A stretch of DNA of 64,000 nucleotides from Eledone cirrhosa. Taxonomy: Eukaryota. The position numbers were made by a program, and so were the translations under genes. The notes under the pieces are model-generated. The model was not told where the DNA came from and ran no database searches. It saw nothing but the letters and a program-made list of their open reading frames with translations. Below are positions 45,496 to 60,454 of this stretch, in pieces. Each line of letters starts with the position of its first letter. Position 1 is the stretch's first letter. The stretch spans positions 4,464,001-4,528,000 of the forward strand of contig OZ024753.1 in NCBI GenBank assembly GCA_964016885.1, read 5' to 3'.

Positions 45496-46887
45496 TGTAT
45501 ATATATATATACATATATATGGTAAGGTAGGGCAATAAAACTGTGTTGCTCATCCACATCCTAACTTTCCTTCCAGCAAACAGTTTGCTAGATAAGGCGA
45601 GCAGTGGGCTTTGACAAGGTTCAGGGTGTTATACTACTTATCCTGTTTGTTTATCTTTGTTAGACATGTGATTCCCCACATCCCTTGACGTGCCAGGTGT
45701 CTCCCATGACTTAGAGAGACACAGATAATCAAAGCTATATTAGGTTTCGTTTGTATATTTTTGTATTCATACAATGCAAATCGTTTTATTCAGCATGGGA
45801 ATCTAATTAATGTGTCCGTAATATTCTTTACCAGTTGGAAATCATAGATTCTAAAGTTCCAGATAATCCTTAGTCACCTGTTGACGCTCATGTGTTTCTA
45901 TTACTGAGTGTTTGAAAGACTGTAAATGTTTTTCTGAAAATAGTTTGAAATTCCCCGGACAATGTGTAGTTTTTCGAAGTAATATTTTAAAGTTATCTGT
46001 ATCACGAGACTGTAGTTATTTCTTGCTCTTGTACATAGAATATGTGTGATGCAGCAAGCCATTCGGATATGACATCTTCTTTCTGAATTTTATATATCTG
46101 TGCAATTTTTTTATTAGCAAAAAAAGAAGCGGGGGAGATGACATTTAGTGTGAACAAAAACACTCAATCACCAGGTTGATGCAGATCAACTACATTCTTA
46201 GCTGCGCGCTTGGTTGCAATTTGCAGATTTCTGATGTAAAACCTGCTACCCCCTTAGTGTCTGGTAATCGTTATTTCCGTTTTTCATTCAATCGTACTAC
46301 CTTACATTTTGATTAGATTGATGTCTGCAGGGACAGAAACATGTCATTACTGAGTACCGTTTAACAGAGAATCTTTCATTTCGAATACGACAAATAATTA
46401 GGCATATATTTGAAATTGAAATACAATGTTATTTAATTTATGCACATTACCGAACATTCACAAAACATCTGAGATATAATCTTACACAGATCTACAAATT
46501 CATTCTCCCAAGCCTACAGTTTCGTGGCGACCATATAAGATCTTACCCTGCGAATGTGCAATGTGTCTATTGTGTGATGTTTTATGTTGTTGTTTGTACC
46601 ATTCGCATAAATAAAGTCCTATATTTGTAATGTCTACTTTGATTTGTTTTTGCTAAATTATTCCAATCGTGATGGTGAAAGTTGTTCAAATTCGAGATTG
46701 AAATGGCCAAATCGCTTCAAACCGACAGGACATGCGTTAAATGACACAGCCATGAGATATAGTGTGCAAATTGAGGTAACGAAGGAAATGAAAATCAAAT
46801 AGTAATCAGTAAGATACCAGACACTGCGTAACAATTCAGGAAAATGATTTAATCAATCATCTATTCATATATTTCAACTATTTAAGC

Positions 46888-47030
46888 TGGCAACAGATTG
46901 GCAGTATCGTTAAAATTTCGGCCAGTATACTTTGTCCTGCCTGTTCCGGTTCCCTCCGCCCCTCTCTCAAAGCAACTCCTGACGACATCAACTATGCTTT
47001 TTTCCTTCAGGTTCGATAAATATGTAACAT
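46888..47030 (+). mobile_element. Old diverged SINE family A-like copy (head and core)
   Basis: gattggcagtatcgtta...tcaactatgctttttcc..ggttcgataaat resembles the SINE head and core. Confidence 0.5.
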
Positions 47031-47573
47031 TCAAACAGTAGCATCGTTTCTTCCTCTACATCTCATTCAGACTTTCCCTTCTGTCTCCCCCTCTCTCTCT
47101 CTCTCGCTCTCGCTTTCTTTTTTTTTCTCTCCCTCACTTTCCCTCTCCTGTGGCAAAAATTGGCTATGCTCAATGGTTGAGAAGGATGGGCTTTAATAGG
47201 TTTAAATTGAATACCCTGCATATCTTCAAAGCCTAGTAGAGAATAAACTGAAATATCAACTAGGACATGGCTTCAATTGGTTTTGTCATATGATCTTATG
47301 TATAACTTTCATATATTCATTCCCGCTTAAGTTTAATTTAATCATACCTAATTTCTTAGATCTTAGAGAAATACTACAAACAAAAGCACCTTCACATTGA
47401 CACCCACACTTACAGCAGCGTACAGATTAATGGATAAATAGAGACGACGCTCATATACACAGGAGTGTGTGGTTTCACATTAGAATAATTACACTAACAA
47501 AATCATGTGCATAGTCACTTCGCACTGTACTCATCACCTCTTTTTGTCTCTGTTTGATCTATCTATCTATCCC

Positions 47574-47667
<94 letters not shown>

Positions 47668-48384
47668 CTATCTATCTATATCTATCTATGTATTCATTTA
47701 TCTATCTGTCTCGTTTTCTATTTATTTTCTCTCCAATTTACTTTTCACTTTTCACTTTTTTATTACTTTTCTTTGGTGTAATAAAGGCAATATATTCTAT
47801 ATGAATTAATTCCTATTTGATTTGAGATATATTCATGGAATGGATAGATATAATCAGCCTTAATAAAAAGAGAAATTTCAATATAAACGGAATTTTCTAA
47901 ATGCTTCATATCGTTAAACTTTAATGAAACGTTGTTTAAAAGAGCTGCTAGTGAGGAATCAATGAGTTTATGAAATATATTCAAACAGGCCAATTGTTGT
48001 TGATGTTGATTTGATGAGGATATTGTTATTGTTGTTGTGCTTCTCTGCTGTTACATCTGATGGTTTTACTCTAATCTATTAAACGTTTCCACTAATTAGA
48101 AAAAAGTGTATTTACATTGATATTGAAGTAAAATTGATGAATATATTGAACAATTTTCTGAAAGGAAAAAAACACATTTGAAATATGACGGACTACCTAG
48201 GGTAAACGTTATTTTTCATTAACTTTTGATCTTATATGAACCTTCTCACATTTAAATATTAATTAAAAATTGAATGAAATCGTTAAACCAAAAGGTTATT
48301 CGAAAAGTTCATTGGTCATTAGAACGAAAATAATAATACTATTAATATGGAGATCAAGGAGGGGGTGTTAAGGAGAACATGGAT

Positions 48385-48508
48385 ACGAGTAGAAGCAGCA
48401 GCAGCAGCAGTAGATTAGTAGTAGTATCAGAAACAGCTGCAACAGCAGTAGTAAAAGTAGTAGTAGCATCAGTCGCCGCAGCAGCAGCAGCAGCAGCGAC
48501 AGCAGCAA

Positions 48509-48563
<55 letters not shown>

Positions 48564-48565
48564 TG
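48385..48565. repeat. (GCA)n/(GTA)n trinucleotide tract
   Basis: Direct reading. Confidence 0.95.
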
Positions 48566-50857
48566 TTTTGTTTGAATGAAAATAAGGGTAAATCTCTAAT
48601 ATAAATAGTAACCAGGGCTAACCTCATGCTCTCTTGCAACGTTGCCAATCTGAATATTTATGGCTTGGCGGAGAATACTCACATTCATTTTGCAACAGAA
48701 CGTTGTTAGTAACTAGATGTTTGGCTTTACAATGTTATGGAAAAGATAACAGTTTTTTACTTTGTCATCTTTCAGGTACATTCACAGCTCCATCATATAT
48801 ATATATAGTCTTGGAGGTATGTCAATTATTCGTTGTTCTAAACTGATTTAAAATATCAATTCTTCTACCGAAAGACTTGAGGAGTTTTCATTATTATCCA
48901 GTCACTATTTCTTCATATCAATGTTCCAGTCTGCAGGATGGTGCAGGTTCGATTTCTGTATGCCTTACCTCCTTATTAATACCTGATACTGTCTGGTCAG
49001 GAATATATTTTCTTTTGTTTTTGCTTTCCCTCTGGACTTATTGAATTTACAATTATATAAACTTGTTAGACTGAATTACATGTCTCATCCGAGAGAGGGG
49101 AATTAGCGTAGCTTCCATTTACACGCGTCATCTTAATGACAGTGCTGAGGCGACACTAATTTGTTTACCTTTTCTTCAGTTTCTTTTTCATGTAGCCTTT
49201 AGACCAACACGTGTATTAATTAACTGGGACGTCTAACATCACCACACAACAAACCTAAATTGAGATAGCGTTGTAGTTTTGAGGATACAGAGGCTCAAAC
49301 AGACAACGCCTAATCTGGTCTGAATGCGTGTCCCTTCTATGAGTTTTCCCTGGTTCATCAAATGTTTACTAATATATCTGATCCACACACTTTTATTCTG
49401 TTTGCTCTCTACTGTGTCAGTCGCCTTAACTCTGATGTTTTTCAATCACCTCTCCTTACATCATCTAAATTAGAATCCATTCGCCAATTCTAAATATCCC
49501 TTACCTTTAATAGAACTCAATTCCATTCCTCCAACTGCTGTTCTTTGAAGAATAAGAGTTTTGTGCCTTTCCCCCTTTTGTCATATTGAGAAATTCATGA
49601 GACAAAGTGTTATTGGTGTTCACCTCTTATATCTAGACCACCTCATTTCTTTCCATTTACTTAAGAAGCGGAATTTTAGGTCTCACCCTTTCCCCAAAGA
49701 CATTTGAAAATGATTGATTAATGTTTGTTCCTGTTGTTGCAGATTGTACTCTTTGTGTTCGAAAAATCAATACTTGCAACATTATGTATAAATTTTAAAA
49801 GTTAAGTTGCTCGCTGTATATCTTTTGGTTTTATTGTACGTATCAAACTTCTGCTTTTCTGTGTGTGTTTTTCTTTTCATGTGAGGAAAATGGAGATGAT
49901 TGCATTGGGACTATTGTTACCATCACATAGCAAAAAGGAAAAGAAAACAGATAGCATTTACACCATTTCCCAAACATGAAATTTTAAATTCCGAAACAGA
50001 TCTCTGATATTTGGATGCAGGGAATGGGAAAATGGGAGAATATATTTATCTAAAGGCCGAGGAATATTTGAATATCTCAGAGGAATCATACAAACTTGTT
50101 AGATAATTTATTCCTTGGTGTCTCTTATTTGCTCCTGGGGGGTGTAGACTTGGTTGTTTAGGAAGAGGGTTATGGAAATTAACAAAATATAACTTTTACA
50201 AAAGGATGTAACTATTGATGTATTTCTTGCAATATTTGTCTGAAATTAATCCAGCGGGAGTTACAAATATTTTACTAACTCTTAGTACAAATATTTGCAT
50301 ATCACCCCTAGATTATGATTATTTATTATAGAATAAATAGCTATGTTACAATGACATGTTGAAATGGCTTCAGGATTTTAGAGACGTACATTCATTAACT
50401 ATTTACAAGTGATTGGTTCGGCTTTGTGAAAATATTTCTCTGTTATAGCGTCCAAATTTATTTGGAATGCACTGATACTTCTATCAAATATTCACTTATT
50501 ATATATGACTGATACTATTTCAAACATTTTATTTAGCAGTAAAGTATATTCAATTTTTTTTTTTTTTTCATAAAATTTATCTGTAAAAATCCCAGCGATT
50601 TCCATAAATCTATCGTACATTTTGCGTATATAACCCTCAGATATTGAATCTAAATGATTCAGCTAATCATCACTTGCATATTAATTAGGATGAAAACCAT
50701 TTTATTTCGAAGATCACACTGTTTACTAGCTTTTGATTCAAGTATTTAATGGAAATTTATTCGAATACACACGTCGCCCTCCAGAACATTTTTCCATTAA
50801 CGTCTTAGCGTTTTCTTTGTGTTTCGAAATAGATACAAATGTAAGCTTACTTTCCTT

Positions 50858-50896
<39 letters not shown>

Positions 50897-50897
50897 G

Positions 50898-50992
<95 letters not shown>

Positions 50993-52372
50993 GTATGTAT
51001 GTATATGCATATTATATATATATACATATATATACATATATATACATATACATATATACATATACATATATATATATATGTATATATATACAATACACAT
51101 ATACATATATATATATACATATGTATACACACACACATACACACACACACACATATATTTATATATATATAGGCATCGTGTGGGTGGGTGTGAATGCAAT
51201 CAATAGGAAGGGAATTTTATTTCTAGTAATCTTAGTATTATATGTTGTCTTCGTTTTGCAAATATGGCACTAGAATTTGGTGTATTCTTTGCTAGTAAAT
51301 GGACAATGCTAAGCTGTCAATAAACTGCGAAACAATTGGTGCACCACATTATATACGTATATATGTAAACATATTTATACGTATACTCATGTGCGGGTGC
51401 ATGTGTATGTTTTCATGCAAAAGTGTCTGGGTACGCGTTTATAACCAAATACATGATTAGATTTAAATAAAGTCCACGCAAATACAAAATGTATAAAGGA
51501 TGAAGGAACTGAATGTGACAAAACGCTAAGACGCAAATCTACGAATCTATTACTGCTTATATGTGTACAGAAAAGCCGGTATGTTACGGCCCCTTAATAT
51601 CTAACATTAGTATTTTATACCTCCGTTATGTTGAATAATGAGATCGTTTTCAATCCCACCACATGCGCACTTAGTGTCTCACTAATAGTATTTGTTTTCT
51701 ATCCATGTATTTGCGAAATCAACCCCTTTAGATTTGTTGTTTTGCTACTGTTGTTATATTTGATGCTGATAAAATTATTATTGTTATTGATGTTGCTGCT
51801 ACTTCTGTTGTCCTTCATATTGCTTTCTTTATCTTCCTCATCAATTCTAACCGATCACATTCATGATTAAAGCCTTTCCATTCATCACACAGAAGAAAAG
51901 TATCTTTCTAACTTTGAAGTCAGCAGGGTTTTTGCTCCTAATCTCAGCCAATGGTGCAAATATCAGGATGACAGAATCCTGGTTGCTTTAGAATTGTTTA
52001 GCTTTATGCAAAAATAAATATAACAGATTCTTAGGATGAAAAATAATAACGAAGTTAAAGACATTTACGGAAAACCTAAATAGATTTGTCTCGACATTTT
52101 GGACGCTGAGTTCTGATGATTGTCAACCATCCGTAGAAGTTAGTCGTCCTATTAGTTTCTACATGGCTGAGTATTTCCCACAGACTTACCACAGTAAAGC
52201 AATTTTCAGTCAGAACTTGCTATTCAAAATATGTGGCAGTGATGTCCAGGTAGGTATAAGATGCGGAAGAATCAACACCGTGTCTTCAGAATTGAGAAGA
52301 GAACATACGAGAGTCAGCTGAAAATTTCTTATTAATAACCGCTTTGTTTCTTTCCAGCGTTTATTTTGAAAA

Positions 52373-52446
52373 TAAACCTAATTTGGCCATGAGAGTATAA
52401 ACCTAATTTGGCCATGAAAATAAACCTAATTTGGCCATGAGAGTAT
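52373..52446. repeat. Three tandem copies of ataaacctaatttggccatga
   Basis: Identical 21-bp core three times, separated by 2-4 nt spacers. Confidence 0.95.
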
Positions 52447-52919
52447 TTTGGACAGACCATCAACTTCTCAGCCGATCCCCCATTCATCAAATTGACATAT
52501 TTGTAGTTGAACCACATATCCCATATATTATTTCACATAGAGCTGGCATTTATTTGATAAAGGTTTATGTAAATTTACATGAGTATATCCAACGAAGTTT
52601 TACGAAATGTCATCTGTCAGAGATTACGGAGTTTATTTCAGGAGGATTCTTCCGATAAACTGGGCATACCATATGTCATCCAGACTTGCAAGGGAACCAT
52701 TGTTATTTATACCCTGCCAAATTATAAACGGTAGAGAGGATGGGACATATCATGAAGACACAATGCACAACATTCTTGAGGAAGCTACTGGACGCTAAGA
52801 ATGACCGCAAAGATAAATAACGGCGCAAATCATTTAGAATAGTAAAGCACTTTTGCCCGATGCACCGAATATTCTAAGAGGATTTATTTTTAAATAAATA
52901 TATATATACTTTAAATAAG

Positions 52920-53006
<87 letters not shown>

Positions 53007-53016
53007 TTTAAATAAG

Positions 53017-53062
<46 letters not shown>

Positions 53063-54342
53063 GTTAATCCTCATCAAATTAAATTTAAATTTAATTTATT
53101 AATTTTAAAATACGTGCAATTTAATCCATTATTTTTTCTCTCTTGTTTTTGGTGAATATTTATATAGGCATCTGTGTCAAGTTTGCCATTTATTTATGTG
53201 CCAAAATGTGTTGTTTTATAGAATATATAAATGAATATTATTAGTTTTGTTTAGTTATTCTTCAGTATAATTTTTTACATGCAAAAATAATAAGAGGCAA
53301 TATGAGTTATGATGTTTCAAAAATGTAGTCGTATTTTCAGTAATTAATATAATGAAATATGTTGAATTATTCACATTTAGAAAATTGGCAGTAAATATAT
53401 GCACACATAACAGAGAGAGCCATTGTTTAATATTTTTCAGATTCCTCTTTTGGGCAATATGGAGAAAACACACTTTTTATATATAGAATAGTTAAAAATA
53501 TTTGCGTAAAAACTTAATTAGATTTGTGGACATGAAAAATAACGACTTATTTTCAGAAAAGTTTATTTGGAATCCTCATTAATTTTCTCGAATATTTAGA
53601 AAAAAAAGTATATAGAAAGAAACTAAATGAATTTCTTTATTTCATGAAAGTTTGGCTCATTTTATGATGAAAAAAATCTTTCGTACTAGGAATAATCATA
53701 ATTGAAAATGCAAACATAGTTCACGTCTAGCAGTTACAGCAAACATAACATTACTGACAGAGTTTCAAGTAACTACTTTTCGAATCTCAGAGATCTTTTT
53801 TACATTGGCAATATATACATCAATAATGGAACGCAAAATGGATAATACTCTGAAACGGTGAATAAATACTTGTTCACTTAAAACCTCACAATGAATCAGT
53901 TTTCTACCGTTCAGTATACAATGTTTCTTTATAAGATACATTCACAAAGAAACACCACAGAGATACCATATATTAATACAATCGGAATAATTCGTTTTCA
54001 TTTCCGGGTTGTTAATCGTTCCTGTAAACATAGAATAAATGAAGAAACTCATTGAGATATGTAAGCATATATTTTATGAAGTATATGTTGAATGACTAAG
54101 CAATTACTCCCTTCTAAAACAGGCTGTAAAGGACCACAAGACATTCAAATATTTGCATATATTTATGACTGATGAAAGTAACGAATTAATTCAACTTTCA
54201 AATATTCAATTTACATTGTGCAGCCGCATAATATTATCAATCATGAATCAACTGCATCAACATATTTCTACTTCTACGTTATTATATTAATGGATGCGTT
54301 TGTTTGAGTGCGTTTTTGTATCCCTGTGAATATATATAATGT

Positions 54343-54434
<92 letters not shown>

Positions 54435-54533
54435 GTATATAATAGAATTAGAATATAGCTTCCAGCATAGCTGTATTCATTTATATCTCGTCTGTCTTCA
54501 ATTCAAGACTAGCAGTTGCAAGAGCGCGAGGGA

Positions 54534-54575
54534 TCGACCTAATGAGAACCAGTTCAGTTCGAAATGCATCGGCGA
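54534..54575 (+). ncRNA. Type I hammerhead motif with G5>A substitution
   Basis: tcgac-CTAATGA-gaac(cagttca)gttc-GAAA-tgca-TC-ggcga; stem III ATGCAT palindrome, AUC site; stem I extended by agcag..gcaagag / ctcttgc..ctgct (54511-54595). Confidence 0.65.
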
Positions 54576-54672
54576 TTGTCCCTCTTGCTTCTGCTGGACA
54601 CCGCCAGGTGGCGATAGTTGCCGTTGTTTGTGCATAGTTACGGCTTTCTAAATGTTTATTTATAAACATACC

Positions 54673-54738
<66 letters not shown>

Positions 54739-56254
54739 TTATCTATTTATTTATATGTTCCGGCAACAGCACACACAAGTGGCAGGAAAAGGGCAAAGGG
54801 AGAAACAGGAAGGAATCCCAATATCTTAACGAACTACTGGTGATCATACTTCTCTTTGCCTTTCTGTAGGGGATATTCATAATTTGTGTCACTTACTTGC
54901 ATATTCATGTTTGATTTGGTCAATCCGTGGCAATGCTGCGAATGTTTCTCAACCGTCTTTAACAATTTTCAAATATTACGAGTAACTAATTGGATTATTA
55001 GTCTGAAAGACATCCTTCCTCTTTTTATTTCGATATTTGGACCAACATTTAGGGGTTGTGATCATGAAATTATTATGAAAAATGTCTCGGTTTCAATATA
55101 TAGGTATGTATGCGTGTATGTTTGTGTGTATATGTGTGTGTGTGTGTGTGCGTATGTGTGTGTGTGTGTTTGTGTGTACGTGTGTCTGATATTTATACCA
55201 AACATACACCTTGGAGGAAAACAGAATTCAGTATTTGATTTTATAATAAAATATGTTGTGTAAATCTATATTTATCTTCATGAATTAGGGATATCTCAAT
55301 AAAAATAAATAAGGAATATATTGTGATTTTTTCAATTAATATACTAACGTACGCAATTCCATTCATATATTATTGTGTTTCGATTAGAACAGTGTTGGGT
55401 TGGTTATTCCAGTTGAAGTAAGACGAGAAAATATTCGTCTATTGAAAAAAGTTAGATAAATTTATATATGATATTTTTGAAATTGCTGAATATAGCATTT
55501 AGAAATAAACAGAGAATAGGTGCCATGAATTCTAGCATTTATATCAAAAACCTATACTTGAGGTTTTTTTTGTTCATGCTTTTATCAGCTTTTCAACGAG
55601 ATGTCATTCTTGTAGAGTAAGTGAATTGCCAACTAAATTATTATTGGGTCAATGTAACTAAAATGGTCGACATGCAGTCGCTACTACTGTCTCCGAGATT
55701 TTCTAAATGTAACAACATCAATTTTATGTTTCAAAAATAACCACAACTACCACAAAAATATAACGTATTACTGCTTAAGATTTATTGCATTCTACCGCAT
55801 ATGTATAAACAGTTATTCTTTAAAGAAAACAAAGCATTTCTTCTATTTTCTGTTTTATCAATAAATATATTTACAAAATATATAAATATGAGCTAAGCAA
55901 CAGTTTCTAAATATTCCATAGAGGTTACAAAACTATTTATTTTCTATTCCTCGAACGAAGCACATGTTTCAAAAGGTATAATTCACAGAGAAATTTCATG
56001 CAGAGAAAAAAATATCAATAAGAAAAGATAAGAGAGTGTCAAAATAAATTTAAGAAAACAAAACACTGAAGATTATTCCAAAGATAAAACTATTCTCCCT
56101 CGAAATCTACATAACATCATTTTTGACGCGGCAAATAAGCATGTGTATGAAGTATGTATAATGGCCATTGTTGAGGTAAAGATAATAATATATTACAAAT
56201 GCCGAAGTGATATAAATACACATACACACACACATAAACACAGACACACGCACG

Positions 56255-56352
<98 letters not shown>

Positions 56353-56803
56353 TGTGTATGTATGTATGCGCACGTATGTGTGTGTCGTCTACGCATCAAA
56401 ACCAAATTCTAAGAAATACGTGTTAACATATTTCAATCCCGTTCGTTTGTACGAATATATGCATGTGTGTAGAAAAGATTTATCTGATATATGCAAATTG
56501 ATATATATGCAAATATGAATTCAGTGGTAGTTTATATGAAAAAAATCTAGGAAGAAATCTTCAGTATTAATTATCATAAAGAGTTGTTATCGTGGGTTAA
56601 GGAAAACAGACTTGTGCGATGAGAATTGATTTAGTTTATAATGACCCGTATGTTTGATTTTTAAGATTATTTGACATGTTATGCTGTGAATATAAACAAA
56701 ATAGTATTTTGAAAGGCTGAAAATATATATTTCACGGTCCACACAACTATATGATAAATAATACATATATGTATATATATTTAGACACAGATACACAAAC
56801 GCA

Positions 56804-56887
<84 letters not shown>

Positions 56888-57456
56888 AATATATATATAT
56901 ATTTGTTGATTTGCTGAAGGCAGTTATAATGCGAGTGAGTGAATATCGTAAATAATACCTCTATTCACCTCTCGCAGATGATTGTTTTTCATAGAAGTAC
57001 TTACCTAGGACAAATTACCCTTTTCTTCAGTTGTAACAAAAGGCACCACAGGTATGCTCGGATATAGGAATTTATATACACGTTTGCATTGTTACCAGAT
57101 ATTAAAGTTAGTTTTATAAATATCAAATTATTTGTTAAGTATACCTATAGCAAATATCATTTATAGCAGATTCATACGAGGGTGCATAACAATAATCTGC
57201 AATAGACACTTTCCGGTTATATCACAGAAATGAATAATATTTTTTTCTATTCATAATCTACAAGTATGCAGTTTCATTTTACTTTTAGTGTCGATACAAA
57301 ATATGTTATTGCAAAACTAATTGAATTATGAAAGTATTTACTATGATATTCTGGAATACTGATGTCTTATTTTAATATCATATATACAATGGCCAAAATT
57401 AATATTAATACGATGCATATTCCACTTCCAAAGCAAAGGATCTAACATCAAAACCT

Positions 57457-57494
<38 letters not shown>

Positions 57495-57495
<1 letters not shown>

Positions 57496-57693
57496 TAAAA
57501 AAATAATGAATAAAACAATGAAACAGTTCCTTATATTAAACAAAAAAAGTTCATTATTTAACGATCGTTTCTAGGACATATATGTGTTAGAAAGTGATTT
57601 TTGAATGCATCTCTTCTTTCCATGATATCCGGATTATATTGAGTTCTTCATACGGATTGGACACTACCATAAACTCTTGGTAGATTTATCTAC

Positions 57694-57695
<2 letters not shown>
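57495..57695. repeat. Interspersed repeat family B, copy 2
   Basis: Shares two blocks with 30948-31135; flanked by (TA)n on both sides. Confidence 0.9.
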
Positions 57696-57733
<38 letters not shown>

Positions 57734-58282
57734 ATGTGTGTGTGTGTGCGTGTGTGTGTGTGTAGGTATATTTTCTATGTCATATGTTGATATAAACACG
57801 CAAGAAAATAAGAATTCCCCCTGTAAATTGAAAAAAAAAATTATGAGGACATTCGATCAGTTTTCAGCAATTGCAGAAAGGAATAAAGTTAATCCAAACA
57901 CCTACAAGGAAATACAGATTTGATGGGCTAATATATATATCCATTGGCGCTTAGTAATATTCTGAAACGGACGTACGAATATACATATAATTATTGCTCG
58001 TGTTCGTAGTTAATTAAGATATATATTAAGAACTACGCTAAACTGGCCGAAGTGTACGATAATGTTTAGAGTGGGCAACCTAATCTGCGCAAGAACACCC
58101 TGTGAGTAGTCGAAACCGCAAACCTGTGAGCATGAGTCCAGCCCCATAAATATCTGGTCTCGTGCATTCAAACTCATACGTAGATCTCGGATGGTTATTA
58201 ACACATCTCACACGAGCACATCCTCCCATATACACGTGTGTACATGAATGAATGTGTATCTGTGTGCATATTTACATATATT

Positions 58283-58338
<56 letters not shown>

Positions 58339-58867
58339 TGTTCTTCTTCGTTATGTATATGGTAAAACCTGTAGCATGTGCAAACATGTAATACACTTAA
58401 AAATACATCCTTTATTCACATTTTTAGTCGATTCTCCACAGTCACATTGTAAGGAAAGAATACTTCCATTTGAAGCCATATTCTTGAGGATTAGGAAAAA
58501 TCAAACTATCGACACGATATGCGTAAATGAATACAAAATAGTCAAAAATGAAAAAGTGTGAATTCATACAAGTGATAGATCTATATTGATAAAAGTCCTA
58601 TCTCACACGTGAATCAATATTCTGAGCGCAAGAATGAACAAGTAAAAATTACAGGAACGGAATATGAAAATAACTGTTGATCTGCGATAAAATTTCTAGC
58701 ATGCTTTACGAAAGATTTCGTACGAAAACTGATGGAATTATCTAACTATCATCTGGCAATAAAATAAAAATATATAGAGAGCATTACTATATCCAAAGAC
58801 CAATATTTGTAGCTATGTTCATTTATGCACGTAGACATTCAAGAAAAATCTCTGAAATATGCGCGCG

Positions 58868-59162
<295 letters not shown>

Positions 59163-60415
59163 GGCTGAGATCCTGCCGTTGAAACCGATAGTTATATACA
59201 TATCTATACTATTTACGTTGTGTGGTTTAGCATTGTGTAGATCCGATGATTCCAGTAGCAAATCATGATGTTATACGCTAAAGCCCTCGACGTTATTCAA
59301 ATCATCCAGTGTAGTTGTGGTATTCCGTGGCTGGTGTAGAAACGGAGTTATATATATATATTAAAATGGCAGAAAGCCGATCTCGAACTATTCTTTTAAT
59401 ATAGCAACAACCCAAAACGTATTTTTAAGGCTTAGTTACATTATTCGATCATGACGTAATACTTTGGCGGCCTCATCATTTGTAGATTACCAAATTAGTT
59501 AATCGACAATAGGATTACGTCAACTAACCAAAGAATAGACTTGGTTCGTGATGGCTCACAAATTTTGTGTTATTTAAGAATGGCATATACTCAGCAAATA
59601 TTAAGCATTCTGAGTAGGTAGACGTCACGAAAGAGGTGGGCGCTGTTTGGTGGCGACAGAAATTCCGCTGTCTTCAGATAATGCTACTCCATTAATCAGA
59701 ACGAACAATATGTTGTTATAACAGGTCCGTATTAGTAAAATGCGTTTCATTAGACCCTAGTGCAGAGAGAGATATAGAGAAGATAGGGAGATAAAAAGAC
59801 AAACTTCCAGACAGACAGATTATTATTGTTTGCAATTCTCTTCGAGTTTCTTCTTAGTCCTGAAACTAATCCTTTCCTCAGTTGACGTAATAACTTATTT
59901 GCCTTATTTTACTCCTACTCCTTCTGCTTCTTCTTTATTCACTTATTCCTGGGATAGTGGTGGTAGAGTTCCCAAGCCCGCCGTTCGATGGGTCATGTCG
60001 GAAGTAACTGTCTCCAATTAATCAGGCTCGATGTTGAAACAGGACCAGCAATGTTCAGGACCAGCAATGTTCAATCTGGGTCATTAATCTAAGACATTGT
60101 AGCCATTCGATCTAGTGTTTACTGGTAAGGTATTATAGTAAGGACTTGATGTCATATTTACTAGATACAAATGCCCACGTATAAATTTATACAAGTTCTG
60201 GAGAGCATGGATTACACGTTCATGGGTTTGAACATGGAAAATCATATAATAAACGCCCATTTTACACATGCCGTAGAATTACGTATAAATATATAAACAT
60301 TCTGGCAAATACCAACACGTACCACATATACATAAGCACAAAAACATACATCAACACACACATATATATAGATATAAGTGTGTGTGTGTGTCTGTATATA
60401 TATAAATATATATGA

Positions 60416-60454
<39 letters not shown>

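Noticed and set aside
48379-48579. Poly-Ala/poly-Val ORF
   Set aside because: (GCA)n/(GTA)n microsatellite.
48900-49750. Possible LINE C-terminal remnant
   Set aside because: No diagnostic motif recoverable by eye.
52373-52446. CRISPR-like direct repeats
   Set aside because: Spacers only 2-4 nt, eukaryotic context, no cas genes.
59636-59682. Minus-strand CTGAAGA with downstream hairpin
   Set aside because: No GAAA or cleavage triplet in register.
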